32,447 nt of DNA from Candidatus Micrarchaeia archaeon (lineage in GTDB: Archaea; Micrarchaeota; Micrarchaeia; Norongarragalinales; CAINOH01): contig JBHHTN010000001.1 of NCBI GenBank assembly GCA_046753405.1, forward strand, positions 1 through 32,447, in the 5' to 3' direction. Both the position numbers and the translations under genes were made by a program. Of this stretch, positions 24,801-32,104 are shown piece after piece. Below the pieces are notes generated by a model. That model worked only from the letters and a program-made list of their open reading frames with translations, was not told the DNA's origin and did not search any database. Within the stretch, counting starts at the first letter, position 1. Each line of letters opens with the position of its first letter.

Positions 24801-26689
24801 GTTCTTCAAGCTACGCAATTGGAATGTCAAACGCGAAAATCTCCGCAACGCGCGGGGGAACAACGCAGCAGTACCGCCTTGAAACCCGCTTCAACTCAAC
24901 AACCCTTTCAGATGACCAGAACGTCAGTTCAATAAACGCCACCATAAGGTTCAATTCAACGCAGGCAGACAACTATTCCATAAGGTTATACGACTATTCA
25001 TCGAACGCTTGGAACACCCAGTACTGTTCAACCGCACAAGTAGTACTGGCAAACCAATGGACAACAATGGACTGCAACGTCACTGCAAACGCTTCAAACT
25101 TCGTTTCCGCAAACGGAAAAGTGCAGGCAAGCCTAAACGCGCAAGCCTCTTCCGCCTACAACAACGTAAGCATAGACTTCGTGCAGTACTACCTTGAAAC
25201 AACAAGCGGAAACTACTACTTCAGAAAAAACTTTTCAGTTGCAAACGCATCCGACATCATTTACCTTAACCTCTCAGTGTACTCTGACGACCGAGCAGAA
25301 ATTTACTTAAACGGCGTGCTTGTAGACAACGACACACAACCACACCCCGCCTCGTACTGGAACCGCCAAATAAACGCGTCTTCAAGCTACCTAAACACCG
25401 GAGAAAACGTTTTGGCCGTCAAATTACGCAACCACGATTCAACAAGCGCAAAATTTGACTTGGAACTCAACGCGTCAAAAAGAAGAAACAAGTACATAAT
25501 CGTGATGACCGACGGAATCACTGGCTATTCTTGCGCTTCAAGCGGCTGCAGCGGCAACAACACCGCAGGAACATGGGATTGCGGAGGCGGCTCCGGAGAC
25601 TGCACCGGAAGCCAGTGCGACTGCGCCATTGACAACGCGAACTACAGCGCGTGCCGTGCAAGAACACTGCCCTCAACGCTTTACTCCGTGGGCTTTGGAC
25701 CCATTTCAACCTGTCAAAACGGAAACCGAACCCTTCAAAACATCGCCACCTGCGGGGGAGGGTCGTACTATTCAAGTTCAAACGCGTCAGAACTTCAAAA
25801 CATTTACAGGAGCATTGCAGAACAAATAGTAAACCAAAGCATCGTCTTCAGAACGCAAACAGCAAACGTTTCAGCAAACGTTTCAAACATGACTTTGTAC
25901 CCGTCTTCTTACCTTGAATTCTCCTATCAGCCTTTTGCACAACCCCCCCAATACAGGCAGATAAAGCTGTCCGTGGAAACCGACGCTTTTGCAAACTGCA
26001 CTGGAAGCTTTTTTGTTCCCCCAGCAGACAGCATTGAAGAAGCAAAAATCACATCCTACTCCGAAGACTACTGGACAAGCATTGTAATAGCACGCAACGG
26101 TTCCAACCCGTGGGGCAGTGCGTTCAACCTTTCAGTTTACGGGCAAAACTACACGTTCCTGGGAGACCCGTTTGTAGTAAACATTCCAACAAACCTTTTG
26201 AAAACCAACGCCACCAACTACGTTAACATTTCAACCGGCGCAGACTCTGCAAATACAAGCTCACAGTGTTCAACCAATAACAAGGCCATTTACTCCTACC
26301 GTATCACCCTCCAGTCATTTCTCTCGCCGGTGTTCGCAAATTGTACCGGAAGAAACGTAAGCGTTTACTTCGACAAAGACAACGACGCAGTCTCCGACGG
26401 AAGCGTAAACATTGCAATCGGACAAACACCAGTAAACACAACCCTTGTAACACCCGACCAATTAACCCCCTCAACAAACGCTGCCGACTACGCACTACTG
26501 CAACTTTTAGACTCGCTTAACTTCGACAACCAGACAAACAGCATTCAAACAAGCACAGGTAGATCAGGAACAAGCCAAAACCCGATAGACTTGGAAATTC
26601 CAAGCACTCTGAAAGTTGACACAACCGTACTCTCCGACATTCCCTACATGTGGGGCCCTGCGGAAATACAAGTAAGCATGTGGACTTGA
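21875..26689 (+). CDS. giant (1604 aa) prepilin-like surface protein with an interrupted vWA/MIDAS domain; candidate filament-associated adhesin
   Basis: The N-terminus ...KKG|LVFTLDAIFALLILLAIIPLV is a prepilin-type signal. An alternative GTG at 21887 forms a GTGA overlap with the upstream stop. The vWA motifs are DLSGSMS (aa 415-421), VGLTGFN and GGGT (T510), then IIVMTDG (aa 1208-1214), LYSVGFG and GGGSYYSSSNASELQNIY. Confidence 0.85.
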   Translation: MERTVKKGLVFTLDAIFALLILLAIIPLVENAYVQSVSPSLIHEQLHLQSEDVSNVLVKIKTGEALNESTVLQQLLTEQRITQDDMSLPLIEVIGRFWAANTTADLAIARDIIQDVVGNLTPKSLGWATYFDQDQITANFSPLNLSLYGTAASKRIVSGFEKNKTLSGCIARTFLERAIGKQAAKYYFFGGFIGQGNVSATVRGVPSDANISLMYLEANFGDNFTLYVNGNHCANLSKSPGNYSVDAFSLNSSSYPQCIGNVSKGADNNFSINFSGNDLEKQFIGGGFIKIVYDTGQLSYTQANLSRYYFPGVSGIINNYDSFYVPGNVTNITAFIDYYSNYSVYFNVGNTTIFNRSGSTSRQNFTITNASFASNFSDDYSQLGGQSVPIRIGIDPLAFVNSTTIGNADVILITDLSGSMSWRIDSNTASGANTSCTECSDSCINASNVVRINKAKCVDLEFVDIILNNSGNRVGLTGFNTNADTSYTGLTADKTSLQSQINGYSAGGGTCVCCSINRAYDLIQEPYYETLVPRQNEWSYNTSFATSAPWNDAEGDNWTTMNYNDSLWSKANASLGFGGVDSDIGNNLVLLSNEQLNASEYELAYGSVISGTLGDTNKSDGTNALVLNESLVLPPVYYYNESEGQSSTTSTSWQEKTRLDFSPIDGNYLILVTAEVQGSSSSRDVQLRMTIDGQTHSEINWEPDISSNWEPFVSHKLRSLDSSSHNITIEYSSENSGQTTRIRNARISAIRLDEYVLNESESESTLTSTYADKTNVSFTPSSDGYYLVIATAEVKAGSTTSSIGARLQIGSTTYDEVNIEGENSNEYKPFASHSIYQFTASPQTVHLQAFSEGGSASKRIRRARISVVRLTDFLNYQYQESLSRTTTTSTSWVNKTSLSFTPASEEDYLIVASAQIDYPTPSNSRYPMARMLVDGVEYGYMLWGLSDSSDKYNFFSTKNISLSASPHTITIQYRTRSSSYAIGMSNAKISATRGGTTQQYRLETRFNSTTLSDDQNVSSINATIRFNSTQADNYSIRLYDYSSNAWNTQYCSTAQVVLANQWTTMDCNVTANASNFVSANGKVQASLNAQASSAYNNVSIDFVQYYLETTSGNYYFRKNFSVANASDIIYLNLSVYSDDRAEIYLNGVLVDNDTQPHPASYWNRQINASSSYLNTGENVLAVKLRNHDSTSAKFDLELNASKRRNKYIIVMTDGITGYSCASSGCSGNNTAGTWDCGGGSGDCTGSQCDCAIDNANYSACRARTLPSTLYSVGFGPISTCQNGNRTLQNIATCGGGSYYSSSNASELQNIYRSIAEQIVNQSIVFRTQTANVSANVSNMTLYPSSYLEFSYQPFAQPPQYRQIKLSVETDAFANCTGSFFVPPADSIEEAKITSYSEDYWTSIVIARNGSNPWGSAFNLSVYGQNYTFLGDPFVVNIPTNLLKTNATNYVNISTGADSANTSSQCSTNNKAIYSYRITLQSFLSPVFANCTGRNVSVYFDKDNDAVSDGSVNIAIGQTPVNTTLVTPDQLTPSTNAADYALLQLLDSLNFDNQTNSIQTSTGRSGTSQNPIDLEIPSTLKVDTTVLSDIPYMWGPAEIQVSMWT
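23783..24859 (+). repeat. three tandem divergent ~120-aa protein repeats inside the giant ORF
   Basis: Units are aa 637-756, 757-875 and 876-995. Each begins with [YL].ES....(T)STSW..KT.l.F(S/T)P...g.YL(I/V)(L/V/I).(T/S)A(E/Q)(V/I) and ends with ...h.it(I/L)(E/Q).....s.....i(R/S)NA(R/K)IS..R. The similarity is at protein level only and the DNA has diverged. Confidence 0.7.
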
Positions 26690-26694
26690 AAAAA

Positions 26695-27708
26695 ATGAAA
26701 AACAACAAAACCTTAATGGAAAAACGCCGCGGAGTTTTTTACTCTGTGATAACCCTCATGCTTCTTGCACCCTTAGTTGCCTACTCCTTGTTTTACCTTG
26801 AAACCACTCAAACAAACGTCAAAGAAGTAAGCGTAAAAATACGCGCCGACGAACTATCACACTACACTGAAAGCGCGGAATTGGACCTTGAACGATTCAT
26901 GCGCATCTCTTCCAAAAACGCGTTGATTGCCCTTGTAAAATACGAGGAAGACCACAATGCAAGCGTTTCAAACGCATCATGCATACTCTCCTCATTGTCG
27001 TACTACGGCAACGTTTCAAACCAGTCTTGCACCGGAACAACGCTTTCTGCAAACATTTCGCTTCCCACCAACAACACTTTCCTCCTTTATTGGATAAACA
27101 GAACAGTGACCGCCGGAGCAAAATTCGGTTTCAACACCAACATTTCACTGCAAAACGCGTCTTTCAACATGAGCAACAGCTTCAACGTAAGCTATACGCT
27201 TGTAATGCAGATCAATTCGACAGAAAAAAGCAACCTCATGAACTTTTCAAAAACAGTAAGCAAAACAATCAACAGCTCCATAATCAACCTGGACGACCCA
27301 TTGTTCCTCTCCAAAACACAAGGCTTAATCCGCCGAAGCATAACAACAAGCAACGCGACCCAAGGAGGAACAAACCTCTCAGCGTTCGTACGCGGAAAGT
27401 ACTACCGCTCTTCCGAAAACTCCTCCAGCTTCTTAGACCGCCTCGAAGGCAGAACGCGCCTTTCCGGAAAATACGGAAACACAACCGGAATTGAAACCTT
27501 CGTATACGGCCCGGAACTCGAATCATACGACTTGCAAGTCAAAAACCAGTCGTCAATAGACTTCCAATACTTCAACGAATCCCTGCCAATAGGACAAGGG
27601 TGCACAATAAACGAAATGTCATGCGACGAGTTCTGGTGGTTCAAAATGGATTCATCAACTGCAAACAAGTACGGCGTAACACCAAACTGCACGAAGTGCC
27701 CAACATAA
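26695..27708 (+). CDS. prepilin-like, sequon-rich secreted protein
   Basis: MKNNKTLMEKRRG|VFYSVITLMLLAPLVAYSLFY. ATG 26695 lies 6 nt after the giant ORF stop. It has about 20 N-X-S/T sequons and a C-terminal 4-Cys motif (CTINEMSC...CTKC). Confidence 0.6.
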   Translation: MKNNKTLMEKRRGVFYSVITLMLLAPLVAYSLFYLETTQTNVKEVSVKIRADELSHYTESAELDLERFMRISSKNALIALVKYEEDHNASVSNASCILSSLSYYGNVSNQSCTGTTLSANISLPTNNTFLLYWINRTVTAGAKFGFNTNISLQNASFNMSNSFNVSYTLVMQINSTEKSNLMNFSKTVSKTINSSIINLDDPLFLSKTQGLIRRSITTSNATQGGTNLSAFVRGKYYRSSENSSSFLDRLEGRTRLSGKYGNTTGIETFVYGPELESYDLQVKNQSSIDFQYFNESLPIGQGCTINEMSCDEFWWFKMDSSTANKYGVTPNCTKCPT

Positions 27709-27762
27709 AAAGAAGGCATTTAATAACGAAAAAGCAGTGAACTAAAAAGAAAACAAAAAAAA

Positions 27763-28578
27763 GTGGGTTCAAACCAAATGCCGCCTGCAACAAAAGAAGA
27801 CGTTGAAACCGTGATAGACCGCCTCTACGACTACGTGAAAATTAACAAACACGTGAAAGCCAAAGAAGCCGCAGGCGCCCTGGGGCTGCCCTCCACACAA
27901 GTCGAAAAACTCGCAGTATTACTTGAAGAAAGCAACCTAATCAGAATACGCTACTCTCTGAGAGGAATTGAACTTATAGCAGCCGAAGCCCAAAAAGTAA
28001 AAAAACAAAAAATAACATCCGAAAAAGAGAGCGTGTTGCATCAAAGCGCCCGCTTGTTGGAACAAGACGTGATGAAATCAGAAAACGTCATGCAATTCAT
28101 GGAACGCGACATCCTGCGCAGGCTTGCACAGGCCGAAAACATAATAGACGAATTGGAACGAAAAGACTCGTTCTCACTGGAAGACGTAAAATTTTTGCAA
28201 AAAGAAATAGAAACAATAGAATCACAAATGCAACACTTCAGCTCCGAAATAGCCGTTCTTAAAAAAACAGAAAACGACTTCGAGGAAAAAATTCAACACT
28301 TCAAAAACAACATTCAGCAACTAGAACACGACAGCGAAAAACGCAAAAAACCCTCACCACAACTGCTCGCTCCACTTGTGAGGCTCATCCAAAAAATAGC
28401 AGACGCAATTTCAACCGCGGTAAATGCGAAAAAACCAAGACCAGAAAACGCACTGCCATCCGAATCAACCCCCCTCTTAACACAACACACAGAAAAACAA
28501 GAAAGAAAACCCAAAAAAACCAAGGCTAAAAGAAAACGCGCTAAAAGGCAAAAAAACAAGAAAAAAGTGAGTAAATGA
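27763..28578 (+). CDS. wHTH-like N-domain, long coiled coil and polybasic C-tail protein (function unknown)
   Basis: The N-terminus DVETVIDRLYDYVKINKHVKAKEAAGALGLPSTQVEKLAVLLEESNLIRIRY looks winged-helix-like. The central roughly 130 aa are heptad-like and E/K/Q-rich. The tail is KPKKTKAKRKRAKRQKNKKKVSK. Its stop overlaps the ATPase ATG as ATGA. An alternative ATG lies at 27778. Confidence 0.6.
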   Translation: MGSNQMPPATKEDVETVIDRLYDYVKINKHVKAKEAAGALGLPSTQVEKLAVLLEESNLIRIRYSLRGIELIAAEAQKVKKQKITSEKESVLHQSARLLEQDVMKSENVMQFMERDILRRLAQAENIIDELERKDSFSLEDVKFLQKEIETIESQMQHFSSEIAVLKKTENDFEEKIQHFKNNIQQLEHDSEKRKKPSPQLLAPLVRLIQKIADAISTAVNAKKPRPENALPSESTPLLTQHTEKQERKPKKTKAKRKRAKRQKNKKKVSK

Positions 28579-30071
28579 ACGTCCTTGAAAAGTACGGCAT
28601 TCAAAGCGAGGGAATAATCGCAGACATAATCATAAGTGAAAAACCCGAAGAATACGTAAACACCTACGAACTGAAACACACGCGCGTAAAACAGGCAACC
28701 AACGTCGTATTGGACTACATGAAAGAAAAAATCATCGACGCTATAAACATAAAACTATCAGAAATGATGGACCCGCGAGAGAACGAAAACGTCAGAGAAA
28801 GAATCGCCGAAAAAGCCCGTGAAATAATCAAGCAAGAACTTGGAGGGCTGTCAAAACAAGAAGAACACGTGATAATAGGACGACTACTTCAGGAAATGAT
28901 GGGCTTAGGCGAAATGGAACTCGTTCTTGCAGACGAAAAACTGGAAGAAATAGTCATAAACAGCGCAAACGAGCCTGTGTGGGTCTACCACAAAAAACAC
29001 GGCTGGCTCAAAACAAACCTCATGCTAAAAAGCGAGGAACAAATACACAACTTTGCCTCAATAATAGGACGCAAAGTAGGAAAACAAATAACCACCCTCG
29101 ACCCGTTAATGGACGCCAACCTCTTAACCGGAAGCAGAGTCAACGCCACCCTCTTTCCCATTTCAAGCAAAGGCAACAGCATGACCATCAGAAAATTCCG
29201 AAAAGACCCTTGGACAATAATCAACTTCATCGACCCTGCAATAAACACGCTCAGCGTGGAGGCAGCAGCCCTGTTTTGGACCGCCATCCAATACGAACTA
29301 AACATCCTAGTAGGCGGCGGAACCGCAAGCGGAAAAACCTCGTTTCTAAACGCTATTTTAGTGTTCACCCCGCCCAACCAGCGCGTCATCTCCATAGAAG
29401 ACACCAGGGAACTGACTTTACCCGACTTCCTTCACTGGACCCCAATGGCAACACGACAACCAAACCCCGAAGGAAAAGGCGAAGTCAGCATGCTTGACTT
29501 AATGGTAAACTCCCTGAGAATGAGGCCCGACAGAATAATACTTGGAGAAATCAGAAGAAAACGCGAGGCAGAAGTATTATTCGAAGCAATGCACACCGGA
29601 CACTCCGTTTATTCAACCCTGCACGCAGACGAAGCCTCACAAGTAAGAAGCCGGCTCATAAGCCCGCCAATTGAATTGCCTGAAACAGTGATAAGCGCCC
29701 TCCACCTAATATCCGTGCAATACCGGCAAAGAAGAACAGGAATAAGACGCACCTTCGAACTCACCGAAGTCTTACCCGACGAAAACGGAGTGAGCATGAA
29801 CACAATCCACCGCTGGAACGCTCGAACCGACAAACTCGAAAAAGTAGGCGAGTCAATAAGAATAACAAACGAACTGACACTGCACACCGGAATGACAATA
29901 AAGGAAATCAGAGCGGAACTCACTGAAAAAGAAACCATTCTATCCCAAATGCTAAAACAAAAAATACACGACGTCAACTCAGTAGGCCGCGTAATCGCCG
30001 CGTACTACCGCCAACCAGACAAAGTGAGCGAGCTTGCCGCAAAAGGAAAAAGCCTCATGAAAATAGCATAA
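28575..30071 (+). CDS. type IV filament assembly ATPase (FlaI/ArlI / TadA / VirB11-GspE superfamily)
   Basis: 498 aa. Has Walker A (VGGGTASGKTSFLNA), an Asp box (SIEDTREL), Walker B (RPDRIILGEIR) and a His box (GHSVYSTLHA). Confidence 0.92.
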   Translation: MNVLEKYGIQSEGIIADIIISEKPEEYVNTYELKHTRVKQATNVVLDYMKEKIIDAINIKLSEMMDPRENENVRERIAEKAREIIKQELGGLSKQEEHVIIGRLLQEMMGLGEMELVLADEKLEEIVINSANEPVWVYHKKHGWLKTNLMLKSEEQIHNFASIIGRKVGKQITTLDPLMDANLLTGSRVNATLFPISSKGNSMTIRKFRKDPWTIINFIDPAINTLSVEAAALFWTAIQYELNILVGGGTASGKTSFLNAILVFTPPNQRVISIEDTRELTLPDFLHWTPMATRQPNPEGKGEVSMLDLMVNSLRMRPDRIILGEIRRKREAEVLFEAMHTGHSVYSTLHADEASQVRSRLISPPIELPETVISALHLISVQYRQRRTGIRRTFELTEVLPDENGVSMNTIHRWNARTDKLEKVGESIRITNELTLHTGMTIKEIRAELTEKETILSQMLKQKIHDVNSVGRVIAAYYRQPDKVSELAAKGKSLMKIA

Positions 30072-30084
30072 AGATGTTTTCGAA

Positions 30085-30972
30085 ATGAGTCAAAGAATTC
30101 CACTAAGCATTCTTCCGACAAAGGTCCTGCTAAACTTCTCCCAAAAATTCATAAGCGCGGGCAACTACGTCCGCAACCTATCGCCAACCCTCGAAGAAGA
30201 CCTCGTACAGGCACGCATACGAATTTCAAGCAGGGAATACGCATCAGCAAGCACGATAAACGCGGCACTTTACACCGCGATATTTGCATTTCTCGGCTTT
30301 GCAATAACAAACAGAGTAACCGACTTCAAAAGCCCCGAACAAGCCCTCGCAACCGGATTGCTGTTGGGACTAGTAATAGGAGCGGGAATGCTCCTTACAA
30401 CAATATTCTACCCAAAAATAACTGCGATGCGAAGATCGCGGGAAATAGAACGCGAACTCATACCCGCAACAAGACAACTTTTAATCGAATTAAAATCAGG
30501 AGTCCCGCTTTTCAACGCCATGGCAAGCGTAAGCATAGACTACGGAAAAGTCTCAAACGAATTCAAAGAAATAACCAAGAAAATAAACAGCGGAGTCCCC
30601 GAGTTAGACGCCTTGGCCGATGCAACGCGCGAAAGTCCTTCAAAGCAATTTAGAAAAGTCCTCTGGCAAAGTTCAAACGCCCTCAAAGTAGGCTCCAACG
30701 TTGCAAACGCGCTTGAGGGAATACTCAAAGAACTTGAAAATGAAAAAATATCCCAAATACACAAGTACGGCCAGGAACTCTCCCCCTGGACAATGATCTA
30801 CATGATGAGCGCGGTAATCCTACCCTCCCTTGGAATAACCATGATGATAGTCATAAGCTCCTTTCTGAGTATAAGCATACCAAAAATAATCCTGCCGGCA
30901 ATACTCGCACTACTCCTTGGATTCCAAATATTCTTCATAAACTTCGTTAACACCAGAAGACCGGCGATATAA
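30085..30972 (+). CDS. T2SS-F domain platform protein (TadB / FlaJ N-half-like)
   Basis: 295 aa with a single T2SS-F-type helical cytoplasmic domain (ELIPATRQLLIELKSGVPLFNAMASV...ALEGILKELENEK) flanked by TM segments. Confidence 0.85.
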   Translation: MSQRIPLSILPTKVLLNFSQKFISAGNYVRNLSPTLEEDLVQARIRISSREYASASTINAALYTAIFAFLGFAITNRVTDFKSPEQALATGLLLGLVIGAGMLLTTIFYPKITAMRRSREIERELIPATRQLLIELKSGVPLFNAMASVSIDYGKVSNEFKEITKKINSGVPELDALADATRESPSKQFRKVLWQSSNALKVGSNVANALEGILKELENEKISQIHKYGQELSPWTMIYMMSAVILPSLGITMMIVISSFLSISIPKIILPAILALLLGFQIFFINFVNTRRPAI

Positions 30973-30973
30973 C

Positions 30974-32002
30974 ATGCACCATGTCTACCTGCAAATAACC
31001 TCGCTTCTGCCACGATCTGCAACTGCCAAAATAAAAAAACTAATGGTGCAAAGCGGAATAGACAGCTTAAGCGCACGCACCTACCTAGGGTTTACCATAT
31101 TCTTTGCAGTTTCAATAGCTCTCATCGTATTCTTCCTCTCCCCTTTCGTCATAAAAGACGCGCACCTGGTACTACTGCTAAGCGCAGGCAGCCTTGCAGG
31201 CATCCTCGGCACAACCTACCTCTTACTCTCCTTGAACGTAGACTCGCGCTCAAGAGAAATAGAAGAATTCCTCCCAGACAGCCTTCAGTTGATTTCATCC
31301 AACATACGCGCGGGAATGACCCTTGAAAACGCCATTTGGAGCGCCGGCAGACCCGAGTTTGGACACTTAAAAGACGAAATACGCAAAGTAAGCGCGGACA
31401 CCTTCGGGGGAAAAAGAATAGAAGACGCGTTAGACAAAATGACAAACCGCGTCAACTCAAAAATAGTGCAAAGAACAATCAAACTCATAACAGAAGGCAT
31501 ACGCCTCGGAGGAGAAATGGCCCCGCTTTTAGACGAAGTTTCAAACGACATAAAAAGCACCCAGCAACTGCAAAAAGAAATAATCACAACAACAACAACT
31601 TACGCGATATTCATAACATTCGCCGCAGTAGTAGCCTCCCCCCTACTGTTCTCCGTTTCAAGCTTCTACAGTCAAATGAACGAAGAACTACTCGGAAAAC
31701 AACTAGAACAAAGCCAGAAAACCGACTTTTCAAGCCTTCCCTCCTCCGGCATACCCTCAATAGGCCTTGGAAAAAAAGGCGCCAACCCCGAAGAAAAAAT
31801 AAGCTCAGAGGAAATACGCCAATTCTCCTTCAGCGCAATAGCAATAACAAGCTTCTTCGCCGCCCTAATCCTAAGCACTATGACCCGCGGAAGCGCCAAA
31901 GAAGGCCTAAAATACGCATTCATATACGCAGCAATAGCAATTGTAATATACACAACAATCCTCGGACTGCTATCAGGCGCCCTAGGAGGCATAATTAGCT
32001 AA
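30974..32002 (+). CDS. T2SS-F domain platform protein (TadC / FlaJ C-half-like)
   Basis: 342 aa with a single T2SS-F domain (FLPDSLQLISSNIRAGMTLENAIWSA...LLDEVSNDIKSTQQLQKEI) and TM segments. The ATG is 1 nt after the upstream stop and in a different frame. Confidence 0.85.
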   Translation: MHHVYLQITSLLPRSATAKIKKLMVQSGIDSLSARTYLGFTIFFAVSIALIVFFLSPFVIKDAHLVLLLSAGSLAGILGTTYLLLSLNVDSRSREIEEFLPDSLQLISSNIRAGMTLENAIWSAGRPEFGHLKDEIRKVSADTFGGKRIEDALDKMTNRVNSKIVQRTIKLITEGIRLGGEMAPLLDEVSNDIKSTQQLQKEIITTTTTYAIFITFAAVVASPLLFSVSSFYSQMNEELLGKQLEQSQKTDFSSLPSSGIPSIGLGKKGANPEEKISSEEIRQFSFSAIAITSFFAALILSTMTRGSAKEGLKYAFIYAAIAIVIYTTILGLLSGALGGIIS

Positions 32003-32055
32003 AAAACTCCAAAAAAAAAGCAGTTTTTAGCAAAAGCTTTAAAAAGCCGCCTTCC

Positions 32056-32080
32056 TTTTTTTCTAAAAACAGTATTTAAA
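32056..32080 (+). promoter_or_regulatory. T7 terminator followed by TATA-like box ahead of the terminal pilin gene
   Basis: A T7 run at 32056-32062 follows the platform gene. TATTTAAA at 32073-32080 lies about 25-32 nt upstream of ATG 32105. Confidence 0.3.
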
Positions 32081-32104
32081 CCTAAAAAGGTGAGATAGTA
32101 AAAA

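Noticed and set aside
30965-30980. The possibility that the two T2SS-F genes are one flaJ gene broken by a frameshift or a sequencing error.
   Set aside because: Each ORF has its own ATG, a complete single T2SS-F domain and TM segments, and the layout matches TadB/TadC. I cannot fully exclude the alternative without reads, so it is flagged in the related finding.
31336-31998. A 220-aa + strand ORF, extremely R/K/N-rich, inside the second T2SS-F gene. Similar ORFs lie at 28979..29497, 26979..27494, 2407..2610 and 2824..3093.
   Set aside because: These are shadow ORFs in the +1/+2 frames of well-supported genes. The A-rich coding strand yields AAA/AGA/AAC-rich off-frames without stops.
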